Source of the DNA: Candidatus Ozemobacteraceae bacterium
GTDB lineage: Bacteria > Muiribacteriota > Ozemobacteria > Ozemobacterales > Ozemobacteraceae
Direction: 5' to 3'
Assembly: GCA_965140445.1 (NCBI GenBank)
Contig: OZ223236.1
Span: forward strand, 3,424,001-3,488,000
Length of the DNA stretch: 64,000 nucleotides
Shown: piece by piece, positions 19,912-29,980 of the stretch
How the letters are laid out: each line of letters opens with the position of its first letter
How positions within the stretch are numbered: position 1 is the stretch's first letter
The notes under the pieces: model-generated
Told to the model about the DNA's origin: nothing
Seen by the model: the letters and a program-made list of their open reading frames with translations, nothing else
Databases searched by the model: none
Made by a program: the position numbers and the translations under genes

Positions 19912-21114
19912 TCACTTTAAATTTAGAAAAAATCCAAAGGAATTTCTAAAGATTTTTTTTCTTGGAGAAGAAACGTAATCTGTTAGATTGGTACAGTAAT
20001 TCCCTACTGTTGCTGAAGCTCCTGTGAGAAAAACTGTTTCTAAAGGACTTAAATTGTTGGCTAGGCTTAGCCCTGCACCAATTGCTCCCGAGATAAAGGG
20101 GGAAGTGATTCTAAGTGCTGTTTTAATTCGTTCTAAAAAGCTAGCCTTATATTTTTGAAAGTCGGGTAAAAATTCATGCTCAATAAAACAATTTATTTCT
20201 TGTAGCGAATTTTCAGAAAAATCCATGTTAGAAAGCTTAAAAATTGAATTATTAAAATTGCGCCTAAGTTTCATTAGCTCATGAAAAGTATTATTTCTTG
20301 CTTTAATTAACTCTTTTAGCGGAATTTTTTGCAAAATTTCATCCGGGATGATTTCTTCAGAAATTCTTTTTAGACAATATTGAATGTTTGCAAGAGGCAT
20401 TTGCTTAATCATTTGAAATTCCCTTTGAGGGGGGGAATTTGAAGATTTAGATATGTTTTCAGCTTTTGTTAAATAAATTTTTGCTAGGGTCTCGTTTGCA
20501 AAAACTGGAATTAGATTATACTTGGCTGATAAAGCTAATGCTCTATTTAGTTTGGCAACAATTGATAGCATTTGAGCCTCACAATTGTATTTTTTTTCTA
20601 TTTCGGAATCAAAAATTTTTGGCACTTCAGGAATTTTTGGATAGAAGTCACCACCATTTGGTGAAGCCCAAAGCCCTCTTGCTATTCCATCTTGAATTTT
20701 CAAATTTTGGTTAAATTCAACTAAATTTGAAGCTAATTTGATAATCCTCATGTTACCAGTATCAAACTCATAAGCTAACCTTAGCGGAAGCCAGAATTTT
20801 GAATAAAAACCAGTGGCAACAGGATCTAAGACTCCAATAATATCACTTTTTACTGCGTTTGAGAACTCGTCTATTAGGCGCTCTTCTTGTTTTTGAAACT
20901 CAACACCATTCACAAAAGGAAGATATTTTGGATGATGAATCTCCATTCTTTTTTGAGGATAGTAAATTTTGGCAATATTATCTGGAAAAAGATATAAATT
21001 TTCTTTTGGATTTAAAAAATAAACAGAGTCAAAAATTAATATCAATCTCTTTAGACTTGTCATAGAAATTGGTTTATGTGAAATTACCAAGGCGGAAATA
21101 TTTTTGCTACTCAC
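19912..21114 (-). CDS. Hypothetical protein, 400 aa
   Basis: Long ORF; LKRLILIFDSVYFL near N-terminus; Gly-rich hydrophobic C-terminal hairpin. Confidence 0.7.
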   Translation of the reverse strand: MSSKNISALVISHKPISMTSLKRLILIFDSVYFLNPKENLYLFPDNIAKIYYPQKRMEIHHPKYLPFVNGVEFQKQEERLIDEFSNAVKSDIIGVLDPVATGFYSKFWLPLRLAYEFDTGNMRIIKLASNLVEFNQNLKIQDGIARGLWASPNGGDFYPKIPEVPKIFDSEIEKKYNCEAQMLSIVAKLNRALALSAKYNLIPVFANETLAKIYLTKAENISKSSNSPPQREFQMIKQMPLANIQYCLKRISEEIIPDEILQKIPLKELIKARNNTFHELMKLRRNFNNSIFKLSNMDFSENSLQEINCFIEHEFLPDFQKYKASFLERIKTALRITSPFISGAIGAGLSLANNLSPLETVFLTGASATVGNYCTNLTDYVSSPRKKIFRNSFGFFLNLK

Positions 21115-21423
21115 TACTTTTCCTCTTGTTGGCTAGAAATTGCACACCTTTAGAATTAACTTTATCTTTCAATAAATCGCTAATAGTTCGTCTTGGAAAT
21201 GGCTGCAATAATTCTTTTTTTAACTTTCGAATTTGCTTTTCTACTATTTCAAACACTTGAATTTGTTTTTTTATTAATTCATTATCTCTAACGTCAGTCG
21301 TGACCGGACGCCCAGTGACGCCAACGGCAAACGAGGGAATCGGGACTGGCAGAAAAGTTGCAGAATTTTATGCAACTTTTGTGACAGCTTCGACGTTCCG
21401 CGTCGACGCGCTTGTTATGCAGT

Positions 21424-21629
21424 CTATGCTGCTTTTTGCGTTATCTCTTGATAGGAAAATTCTTTGAGACCAGCATTTCTTTTGGCATGCTCAATAGCCA
21501 TATTTACTATGTTGCCTTGTTGATCAACATCTATGTATACATTTTCGCTGATCTCTTTGGTTTCAAAGACTTCGCCATCTTTAAATTCGATGTAAGCCTG
21601 TCTGTATCTGGGAAATATTCAACCTTCAT
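21424..21629 (-). pseudogene. DUF2283-family antitoxin, frameshifted
   Basis: MKVEYFPDTD / AYIEFKDGEVFETKEISENVYIDVDQQGNIVNMAIEHA; 206 nt, one base short; GGAGG RBS. Confidence 0.8.
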
Positions 21630-21820
21630 CTGTCTTTCCTCCGAAGGATCTGTCAAAAAAAGCATTATGAAAGGTTGCGTCGTCTTCGAGCAAAATTACT
21701 CTGAGATACTTATCTGCTTCAGTAATTTTGGCCCATTTTTTTTTCTGCCATCAGTTTGAATAACAATTTGTTCCGGATTCTGAATCACAAATGTTATCCA
21801 TTCGTCTTTAATCATTGATC
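21626..21820 (-). pseudogene. DUF4258-like toxin remnant, 5'-deleted and frameshifted
   Basis: IKDEWITFVIQNPEQIVIQTDGR / WAKITEADKYLRVILLEDDATFHNAF. Confidence 0.7.
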
Positions 21821-21842
21821 GGTGTGCAGCGGCTTGTTACGT
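21819..21842 (-). repeat. Half attC (R''/L'' only)
   Basis: Minus strand ACGTAACAAGCCGCTGCACACCGA fused directly to the toxin remnant. Confidence 0.7.
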
Positions 21843-21843
21843 T

Positions 21844-22485
21844 TTACCATATTTTCCACCAAGGCTTAGACCGCTTGAAGCCAAAGAGCGTAATATTTTC
21901 TGGTTCAACTAGTTTAGCATTTACAAAGCCTTCTAACTGATAACCAAAAAACTCCTTTAGAACTTCTTCTCCAAGCTCTAAAGGATGAAATTTGAACGGA
22001 TATTCCTCTTCATCTTCTGGGTCGACGGCTGGATGCACCCCTTCCCAATATGGAATTTCAAAGTCTATCTTTTTACCAATATCTTCGATTATTCCGCTAT
22101 CGGGTGAAAGACTAAGTGATCGCGTTAGCTCACCATCTTCCCATTTAGCAAATGCAAACCAATCGACAACACTATGCATCGCATGTATATAGGCATTCTT
22201 AAATGGAGATTCAGAGATAAAGCGCCTATCTATTTTAGACGGATTGTCTATACCAAACTCTTTTGCAGCGACTACTGAAATTCCGTTAAAGTATCCAGCG
22301 TATATCTTGTCATCCGACGGACATGTGAAAGACAAATCCCCATCGTCAATTCTCTCGAGTTTTTCATTTGGGAATAAGCGGTTCAATAGCGATACAGTCT
22401 TTTCCAAATCCGGCTTTGGATAGCTCTTAAATTTACTTGATGATTGATCATCTGAATAAACAATCATCCATGTCTTCGCCCCCAT
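21844..22485 (-). CDS. DUF6928-like protein
   Basis: MGAKTW...AMHSVVDWFAFAKWEDGELTRSLS...PFKFHPLEL; AAGGAG RBS. Confidence 0.75.
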   Translation of the reverse strand: MGAKTWMIVYSDDQSSSKFKSYPKPDLEKTVSLLNRLFPNEKLERIDDGDLSFTCPSDDKIYAGYFNGISVVAAKEFGIDNPSKIDRRFISESPFKNAYIHAMHSVVDWFAFAKWEDGELTRSLSLSPDSGIIEDIGKKIDFEIPYWEGVHPAVDPEDEEEYPFKFHPLELGEEVLKEFFGYQLEGFVNAKLVEPENITLFGFKRSKPWWKIW

Positions 22486-22508
22486 TATTGCTCCTTACTC
22501 AGATTGAA

Positions 22509-22581
22509 ACGTAACGTTCTTGGATCACTGGTTTTCGACGAGCGTAGCGAGTTGAAAATCCAGTGCATCCATTTGTTGGGC
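22509..22581 (-). repeat. attC, foreign type
   Basis: ACGTAAC..GGATCACTGG.TTTTCGAC..GTTGAAAA.CCAGTGCATCC..GTTGGGC. Confidence 0.85.
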
Positions 22582-22599
22582 TTTAATCAAATCAATTTA

Positions 22600-23736
22600 C
22601 TATTGGGACACTGGAAAAGTAAGCATCCAAAGCTCCGGTGATTCTGAGCGGTTTCCAATAAAGGGGGCGACTTGGAAAACGATCTTGTTTCCTGAAGCAT
22701 TCCAGTCATAGTCTGAAACAAGGAATCTCTTCTTTTTTTCTTCTTTTTTATTGAAATCTGTGAGCTGAATAATTTGTCCGCTTTGCTTGAGATATAGTTC
22801 AGTCCGCAAAGTATTTGCTTTTGATTTCGGTGCACTCCAATTCTTATCTCCCCTGCTCGATATAAACGCCATTGATTTTCCAGATGGCGAAAAAATACCG
22901 TGTTCATCCCATGTAGCAGGGCTGTCTATGAGTTTCTTAACGTTGGTGCCGTCTTCATCACAGACATATATATCATCGACATATGCCTGTCCGTTCGGCG
23001 TAAACGAATAAATGAGCTTGCCGTCATCGGTAAAACCATGGGTCTCATAGAATCCGCGTCCATTGGGTGAGAGAGTCTTGTGGTTACTGAGCATGTTCTT
23101 CCCACGCTTGCCAATGTCGAAATCCGCAAGATGAATATTCCATCCATCCCACTGATTCTCACCACCAGCCCCGAGGTTAAGTCTTCTAATCCATCGCCAG
23201 GATTTCCCTGTTGCTGTCCTTTGAGCAAAGATGATTTTGGTGCCATCTTTGTTAAAATGAGGGTGCAGGGCAGCATGATTCAATGAGGATGACCAGATCA
23301 ACTGCGCTTCAGTTCCATCCTTATTGATGATCCAAAGGTCGTTATTGATTCCCCAAGCCATATGGTTAAGCAACCTGTGCTTTGAGTTGGTATTCTCAGC
23401 TTGAATTACAAGATGTTTACCGCCGGGATGCCACGCCGGTTGGCCGATAAATCCTCTTGGAATTAATGATCTTGCGGTAAGATTTGTCTTCTCATTGCCA
23501 TTAGGCTGCATGACAAACACGTCGGTATTCTTCATCTCAACATCAGTGATTGAATCAAAAGCAATCAGGTTGTGGTTCTTGCCTTTGTGCCAAGCAACAC
23601 GCCCACCCTTATCCTCTGTCTTGACGACAGTCCACTCTTTATGACCATCTGTTTTGAATGAATCCTCTTCTGCGACGACAAAAGAAGATATGATCAGCAA
23701 TACTATTAAAGGTATGAGCTTTCTTATGAGCTTCAT
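22600..23736 (-). CDS. Secreted TolB/PD40-like beta-propeller protein
   Basis: Signal peptide; repeated PAWHPGG, PHFNKDG, FSPSGK motifs. Confidence 0.75.
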   Translation of the reverse strand: MKLIRKLIPLIVLLIISSFVVAEEDSFKTDGHKEWTVVKTEDKGGRVAWHKGKNHNLIAFDSITDVEMKNTDVFVMQPNGNEKTNLTARSLIPRGFIGQPAWHPGGKHLVIQAENTNSKHRLLNHMAWGINNDLWIINKDGTEAQLIWSSSLNHAALHPHFNKDGTKIIFAQRTATGKSWRWIRRLNLGAGGENQWDGWNIHLADFDIGKRGKNMLSNHKTLSPNGRGFYETHGFTDDGKLIYSFTPNGQAYVDDIYVCDEDGTNVKKLIDSPATWDEHGIFSPSGKSMAFISSRGDKNWSAPKSKANTLRTELYLKQSGQIIQLTDFNKKEEKKKRFLVSDYDWNASGNKIVFQVAPFIGNRSESPELWMLTFPVSQ

Positions 23737-23860
23737 CGGCTTATCTCCTTGCCCAACGACGGTCGTGACCGGAGATGAGAGACGGGCGCGGGTGTTGCGC
23801 GAGCAAGACCCGTGATACGGCCGGTTTTTCCGCGTCTACGCACTTGTTATGCAATTTTTT

Positions 23861-24154
23861 TTATTTTTTTCTTTTTTTCCAGGTATTTGGACTTCTACGA
23901 AGATGCATTACTGATAAAATAAAAATCTCATTTTCTTCAACGATAAAAACAATCCCAAAAGGAAAACGGTTTACCAAACATCTCCGGATATCATCCTCAA
24001 TTACTGGCCAACCAAGAGGAAATTTAACTATTGCTTGGATGCAACTTAATACTTCTATTGAAAAATCTTGTCCAAGACCGAGTTCGCAGTCTTCATAATA
24101 ATCAATGGCTAAATCAAATTCTTTTTCTGCATCAGGATGAAACGAAATCTTCAT
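23861..24154 (-). CDS. RelE/ParE family toxin
   Basis: FHPDAEKEF..AIDYYE...RRCLVNRFPF...VMHLRR. Confidence 0.9.
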   Translation of the reverse strand: MKISFHPDAEKEFDLAIDYYEDCELGLGQDFSIEVLSCIQAIVKFPLGWPVIEDDIRRCLVNRFPFGIVFIVEENEIFILSVMHLRRSPNTWKKRKK

Positions 24155-24378
24155 TTCTTAAATCGTTTTCTTATTTTTGCAAAAACTTCTTCCCCTGGAA
24201 TCGTTTTTACTTTACCTTCTCTGATTTCAGACAATCTAGATTTGGCAACTTTTATCCATTCTTGATCCACTTCTAAATTAGTATTATTTAAAGAACGTAA
24301 CAAAGAATCGATAATAACAATTCTTTCTTCGACTGGTAGAGATTCCGCATCCCTTAAAACATCTTTAACACCGTGCAT
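24151..24378 (-). CDS. Addiction-module antitoxin (TIGR02574-like)
   Basis: LPVEERI...SL...W..VAKSRL..I.EGKVKTIPGEEVF; ATGA overlap. Confidence 0.85.
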   Translation of the reverse strand: MHGVKDVLRDAESLPVEERIVIIDSLLRSLNNTNLEVDQEWIKVAKSRLSEIREGKVKTIPGEEVFAKIRKRFKK

Positions 24379-24699
24379 AATTAATTTCTCCTATTATTTT
24401 TATTTTATCACACCTCGGAGAATTAAGTCAGCACGATATGTTTGGATTTTTTTAATTTTGCATAACGTCAGTCGTGACCGGAAAAACGAGACGGGCGCGG
24501 GTGTTGCGTAAGCAAGACCCGTGATCCGGCCCATTTTTCCGTGTCGACGCGATTGTTAGGCGATTGTCACTTTTTTCTTTTTTTTGCACATTTGATAAGG
24601 TCTTTATACGGTCTTGTGATTAGAAATCAATGGCAGAAATAGTCTTTGCGGTACGCGAAACAAAAAACTTGCATTTAAGCTTTATTATAGAAAACCATA

Positions 24700-25509
24700 C
24701 TATTGGGAAAACAAAAGTGCTTCTGCTTCAGCAGGAATGGTAATTCTGTTTTTGCGATAATCATAATCAGAAGTAGTCATTCCTGTTTTTTCTATTTTCA
24801 TTACAGTGCCATCTGGAGAAGGCATCAAAAAAATTACTTTTGAATTTTGAATAACTTTTATACGCCTGAAATCTGATTTTCCCAGCCAATTCTTTGATTT
24901 GTATTCTATAACCTTTACAGTTGGCTTTTGTGCTGGGTTATCCTTGAAACTACTCTCAATACCTTTGGACATTCTTTCCTGCGCAAGAGCCACAGCGGAA
25001 TTATCCTTTGATTCTACGAGAATAGATTCTAAATCTCCAATTTCTTCCATTTTTGCAATAATCCAGACTGGGGCATTTTTATCCGTTTCTGGAGCGGTTT
25101 CTTCACAAATAAAAAAATTTCCCATATCTTGGGCCATTTTTTCATAAGGACCAGCTGGAATCTGCCATGTTCCAGTACCGATCTTCATTGCCGCTTTTTT
25201 GCCATGCCTTATCATAGTTAAAAGTTGCCCATTATGATCAACGGTTTGTTTTGCTAGCATCTTTTCTTGCTCTATTTCAATTGTCATTGAGCTTATCTGG
25301 GCGGGCTGCTCGATTTTTTTTTCGCCAACAGTTATTGTGTTGTATGCCTCTGAAACATCTATGCGTTTAATGTATTGTGCTGAAAAAATAAATTGATTTG
25401 CCTTGTTCAGCATTTCTCGCGGAGTCAGTTCAGCTTTTGCCTGTTGGGAAAAAAGAATTAGCGCAGAGATAGAAAAAATATACCAGACTTGCTTCATAAG
25501 CATCTCCAT
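24700..25509 (-). CDS. Secreted hypothetical protein (copy 1)
   Basis: Signal peptide ending AKA; duplicate at 44243. Confidence 0.75.
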   Translation of the reverse strand: MEMLMKQVWYIFSISALILFSQQAKAELTPREMLNKANQFIFSAQYIKRIDVSEAYNTITVGEKKIEQPAQISSMTIEIEQEKMLAKQTVDHNGQLLTMIRHGKKAAMKIGTGTWQIPAGPYEKMAQDMGNFFICEETAPETDKNAPVWIIAKMEEIGDLESILVESKDNSAVALAQERMSKGIESSFKDNPAQKPTVKVIEYKSKNWLGKSDFRRIKVIQNSKVIFLMPSPDGTVMKIEKTGMTTSDYDYRKNRITIPAEAEALLFSQ

Positions 25510-25720
25510 ATAAAATAAATAATGTACATCTTACCTGAAATTTCCTTGGCGAACCAAATTTTCATTTAATTTATTGCCTAACGCCTGTCGTAACCGGAAA
25601 TAAGAGACGGGCGCGGGTGTTGCGTAAGCAAGACCCGTGATCCGGCCGGTTTTTCCGCGTCTACGCATTTGTTAGAACATGGATTTAAGTTGATTTAAAA
25701 ACCATTTATCTTACTTCATA

Positions 25721-26605
25721 TCAAAACAATGGATCAAAACCCATCTTCCAAGATGTTAATGACAACAAGGCACTCAGATCATTATTCTTCACGCCTTCGA
25801 TAAGATTTTTAACAAGTTGATAGCCAATATAAAATCTTGCACGATAGAGATGACTTTCCAAAACACTATTATCACAACAAATCTTTTCTGCAAAACTTTG
25901 GCCATAAAATCTGATAAGCCAAACCAAGTTATTGGCTGGATCGCCTAAAGAAGCATGCCCAAAATCAATAATTCCATTAATTGAACGCGAATCCGGGTCA
26001 TACAGAATGTGAGGTGGAACAAGTTCCCCGTGGAGCAAACAAAGGTCGTATTTCAACATATCTGAATTTTTTAGAAACGACGAGAAGTGGTTCTCAATCC
26101 ATCTCTTAGCTCTTGTATACAGATGTGGAAAAAGGTATTTGCGAGCTTCGTCGATAGTGCTTTCTATCTCTTGAACTGTGGGTGGGGACACCTGAAGAAG
26201 TTGAAGATGTGAAAATTTTTGAACAGGAATCTTAGTTAGATCAAATAAAAATTCTTCCAATTTTTTGGCGGCATTTCCCACCAATATCTCATCATTGACA
26301 AAACTCTCTGGCTCCATAGCGATTCCAGGAATCATTTTACAGATTACAATGTCTTGAGCACGGGCAATAGCCTCAGGAATTTCAATACGAACGTATTCTC
26401 TAATCAATTCGCAGATAGTAACAGTTTTCTGTGGTGAATATTGCCACGCTTTCTTTGAGTAAAGAGCAATAAATTTGTTTTCTATGATAAGCGCGTCTGT
26501 ATCTACCCCGGCATTACAGATTAATTTAGAGTTTTCGGTATTAAGTTCTGGTAAAAGTTGATTTACAAGGTTCCTCAGTTTTTCTTTATGAATTTGGGCA
26601 GACAC
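25721..26605 (-). CDS. Aminoglycoside phosphotransferase/kinase-like protein (copy 1)
   Basis: LLHGELVPPHIL...GIIDFG...GDPA; GTG start with GGAG RBS. Confidence 0.8.
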   Translation of the reverse strand: MSAQIHKEKLRNLVNQLLPELNTENSKLICNAGVDTDALIIENKFIALYSKKAWQYSPQKTVTICELIREYVRIEIPEAIARAQDIVICKMIPGIAMEPESFVNDEILVGNAAKKLEEFLFDLTKIPVQKFSHLQLLQVSPPTVQEIESTIDEARKYLFPHLYTRAKRWIENHFSSFLKNSDMLKYDLCLLHGELVPPHILYDPDSRSINGIIDFGHASLGDPANNLVWLIRFYGQSFAEKICCDNSVLESHLYRARFYIGYQLVKNLIEGVKNNDLSALLSLTSWKMGFDPLF

Positions 26606-26997
26606 TTTTTTACTCCATGCTCTAACGTCTGTCGTGACCGGAAAAACGAGACGGGCGCGGGTGTTGCGCAAGCAAGACCCGTGATCCGGCCGGGTTTTCC
26701 GCGTCGACGCACTTGTTAGAGATTCTTTTTTTTTTTATTACAAGCTTTTGTACACAACCCATATTCTAACTTATTCTGATTAAACATTTCGATATTAATT
26801 TAAAATTCACTGGTTCGGAAAACCGTTCAATTATCACAATGGCATAAAAATTGTCCAAGTGTTTGCCTAAATTTTTGCAATTTTTATGAGCAGAGCAGAG
26901 TAGAGTAGAAGATTATCTTATTGGAAAGACTTCTTTTCGTTAATTCAACTTACATGCTAAACTTAACTCTCTAAAAGAAATAAAAACTATTCAAAAA

Positions 26998-27903
26998 ATG
27001 ATCAAATCGAAACCTGTAGAGGAAATTTTAAGAGAACGAAAAGGGACAAAAACAATTGTCTATTTAACTAATGGCAGGCAGCTGTTAGTTTATAATGCTG
27101 TTTGCAAAAAGCTTGAAAATGAAGGAGCTTTTGGCATTTCTATAAATATTCCACCTTTGGAAGAAGATGCTGAAATAGACTATTTTAACTCCAATGAAAT
27201 TTCAAAAATTGTTGTTCCAGGTTCAAACAGAACGATTTACAGAAATTATAGGAATTTTGTCCCCAAAATACTGTTCTTGTTAGATAAACACCTACTGATA
27301 ACATATTTCTTTTTTCCGGCCCTTCTCTCATTTTTAAATTATTATTTTTACTTATCTGCCTTTAGCCCCTTTTTATTTCTTTTTATTTTGATTCATAGCG
27401 CATCATATTTAAGAAAAGATGTCTCATTTTTTAATTATTTTAAAAGAACAATCTTAATTTTTATCTTGGTTTACTTTTCTATATATTTAGGTTTTGGTTT
27501 GCGCACGGTTACCTTTTTCAATACCTGCCAGAAAGCAGAAAAATTAATCCAAATTCTGGAAAAAAGAAACATTTCCCAACTTGAACTAGCGAAACCTTTA
27601 GCTAGCTCTACCTTGTTTATAAATTTTATAAAAGAAGATGAGTTAGATGTCAGACCTTATAGATTTGAAAAAATGGACTATCCTGAGTTCTGGTTTGGCC
27701 TTCATAATTTTCCTTATATTTTCAAATATCCTGATCTGATAGTCATCTACAAAGAAAGATTCTATACTGTTTGTATTCCAATAGGCATTTCGTCACGAAA
27801 TTTTGAGCCCTTCGTTTATTATCTAAAAAAGGACAGCGTAAAGAAAAATTGGGAATTAAGTTTTTCACCGAAATTGGATATTCCAGTGGAAAAAGGTGAC
27901 TGA
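26998..27903 (+). CDS. Membrane protein, inverted relative to the array
   Basis: 301 aa with 3 TM-like segments; the only substantial plus-strand gene in the array; TGCTAAACT extended -10 upstream. Confidence 0.7.
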   Translation: MIKSKPVEEILRERKGTKTIVYLTNGRQLLVYNAVCKKLENEGAFGISINIPPLEEDAEIDYFNSNEISKIVVPGSNRTIYRNYRNFVPKILFLLDKHLLITYFFFPALLSFLNYYFYLSAFSPFLFLFILIHSASYLRKDVSFFNYFKRTILIFILVYFSIYLGFGLRTVTFFNTCQKAEKLIQILEKRNISQLELAKPLASSTLFINFIKEDELDVRPYRFEKMDYPEFWFGLHNFPYIFKYPDLIVIYKERFYTVCIPIGISSRNFEPFVYYLKKDSVKKNWELSFSPKLDIPVEKGD

Positions 27904-28029
27904 TGTGATTTGAAACTTAATTATCTCTAACGCCTGTCGTGACCGGAAATGGCCAGACGGCGCGGGACTTGCTCAGCAAGGCCCGTGACGGCGGTCATTT
28001 TCCGCGTCTACGCGATTGTTACGCATCTT

Positions 28030-28467
28030 TTATTCATTAATTTTCTTTAAATTCAAGCCAATACTCACTAAGCCTGAATAAAAATCAGTCATTGATCCTG
28101 ATGCTACCTGATTCATTTGGTTACACATTGCCTCTACACCGCAAAAATTTTTCTTCTCGTCAATCATCACCTGTCCTGTGTTGTCTTTCGAAATCACGCA
28201 ATTAAACCCATCTCCAGAACAACAGTCATGATTCATGGCAAAAACTACCCAGGAATCATCCTTCATCATGAATTTTGAGTATTTCTCGTAGCTTTGGTTC
28301 TTAAAATCATTTTTGACAGAATTGATCCAAAGGCTTTTCTTGGCATTTAAATACTGTGACATAGCAAATTCAGCAGTAGACGGCGAGATGTATAACAAGA
28401 GGCCAGCAATCACTCCTAAGCCACAAACAATAAAAATTAGATATTTGACTCTTTTCAAAATGTCCAC
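28030..28467 (-). CDS. Hypothetical membrane-anchored protein
   Basis: ORF fills the cassette. Confidence 0.65.
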   Translation of the reverse strand: MDILKRVKYLIFIVCGLGVIAGLLLYISPSTAEFAMSQYLNAKKSLWINSVKNDFKNQSYEKYSKFMMKDDSWVVFAMNHDCCSGDGFNCVISKDNTGQVMIDEKKNFCGVEAMCNQMNQVASGSMTDFYSGLVSIGLNLKKINE

Positions 28468-28661
28468 CTTTCAATTTTGAAGAAGCTTATTCTTTCATAT
28501 GGTTATTGATTCTTTTTTTTGCGTAACGCTTGTCGTGACCGGACGCCGAATGACGCCATCGGCAAATGAGGGAATCGGGACTGGCGAAAAAGTTGCAGAA
28601 TTTTTTGCAACTTTTTTGATCAGGACCGACGTTCCGTGTCGACGCACTTGTTAGAGAAATT

Positions 28662-29117
28662 TCATTTTTCATTTTTCTTTTCAAAATATTCTTTATAATA
28701 CTTTTTGAGTTTTTCATATTTATCTTTGGCAATAAATTCAATTGAATTTTCTGGTGGATTCAACTTTCCATTTACCCGAATTTTTCCATACAAAATCCTT
28801 GTAATTAGATAGAAAACGTTTCCTCCAAGCATCCGTTCAACATTATAATCAATGTACATGAAGTTTTTTAATTCAGTGGTTTGAGTATTTTCGTTGGTTT
28901 CATTAACAATTGTAGTTGAAGCCGTAACATCAATAAAATATGTCATATTTGCTGATGTAGCGACATCATTGAAATACTGTAAAAGCACTTTTTTATTTAA
29001 AATGTCAAAATGATTTGAATTTGAAGCAATTTGTGAAAAGACTGGTGAGTAAGCCTGGTTAATAAATAGGAAAACAAAGAAAACTAAGTAAGGAAATTTC
29101 ATTGTCGGAGTTTCCAT
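28662..29117 (-). CDS. Secreted hypothetical protein (copy 1)
   Basis: Signal-like N-terminus; duplicate at 50888. Confidence 0.7.
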   Translation of the reverse strand: METPTMKFPYLVFFVFLFINQAYSPVFSQIASNSNHFDILNKKVLLQYFNDVATSANMTYFIDVTASTTIVNETNENTQTTELKNFMYIDYNVERMLGGNVFYLITRILYGKIRVNGKLNPPENSIEFIAKDKYEKLKKYYKEYFEKKNEK

Positions 29118-29241
29118 TTTATTTCTCTAACGCCTGTCGTGACCGGAAAAACGAGACGGGCGCGGGTGTTGCGGAAGCAAGACACGTGATCCGGCCGATT
29201 TTTCCGTGTCGACGCACTTGTTATGCAAATTTTTATTCATT

Positions 29242-29727
29242 TCAATAAATTTCCGTTTTCTTTAATCCTTCTTGGGGAAATAACATATTTAGAACCCAAA
29301 AGGTAATTTTAAAAGGGTAATTAAAGTCATGATAAATCCTATACATTACTTCTAATACAATAATTCGCAATGAAGGGGCAACAAGCCAAGAATGCCCATG
29401 CCTCATATCCCAAAATTTTGACCAAAACAAAGAAGTAGCAATTAAAACCCATGAATGTTCACAATCTTTATGAAAAATGTCTTTATAGCTTAATCTATAA
29501 TCGCATCTTAAAGAAGATGATAAACCATCTAATATTCCCAATTCTGGACCAGATGACAAGTCTAAAATAGATTTTGGCATTGGAAGTCCCATGACTGCTT
29601 TTTTTTCTTCATTAAGTAATTTTAGACAATTCTCACATCTATAATGTTTTGTTTCAGATCGAATAGGACAATAAATAACCATTGCCATCAATAGAATAAA
29701 AATAGTTAAGAGGATATACTCTCTCAT
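29242..29727 (-). CDS. Hypothetical protein (CxxC...CxHxW)
   Basis: ORF fills the cassette. Confidence 0.65.
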   Translation of the reverse strand: MREYILLTIFILLMAMVIYCPIRSETKHYRCENCLKLLNEEKKAVMGLPMPKSILDLSSGPELGILDGLSSSLRCDYRLSYKDIFHKDCEHSWVLIATSLFWSKFWDMRHGHSWLVAPSLRIIVLEVMYRIYHDFNYPFKITFWVLNMLFPQEGLKKTEIY

Positions 29728-29980
29728 CAGGTTACCGTTTCACTTTTAATTGATTTTTTTCTTTTATTTTGCATAACGCCTGTCGTGACCGGAAAAACGA
29801 GACGGGCGCGGGTGTTGCACAAGCAAGACCCGTGATCCGGCCGATTTTTCCGCGTCGACGCACTTGTTAGACCGATTTTTGTTTTCATTTTTTCTTCAAT
29901 TTCTTTTGGGGAGAGGTCTTTTTGATTTTATCCTCCCATTTTATAGATTTGCCAGTTAGGCACTCATTAACATACTTCTT

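Noticed and set aside
21412..21759. 115 aa plus-strand ORF
   Set aside because: It is the antisense shadow of the frameshifted DUF2283/DUF4258-like pair on the minus strand.
21757..21800. ATAACAATTTG...CAAATGTTAT palindrome as a tiny attC
   Set aside because: It lies inside the toxin remnant's coding frame, lacks L boxes, and its core does not match the cassette ends.
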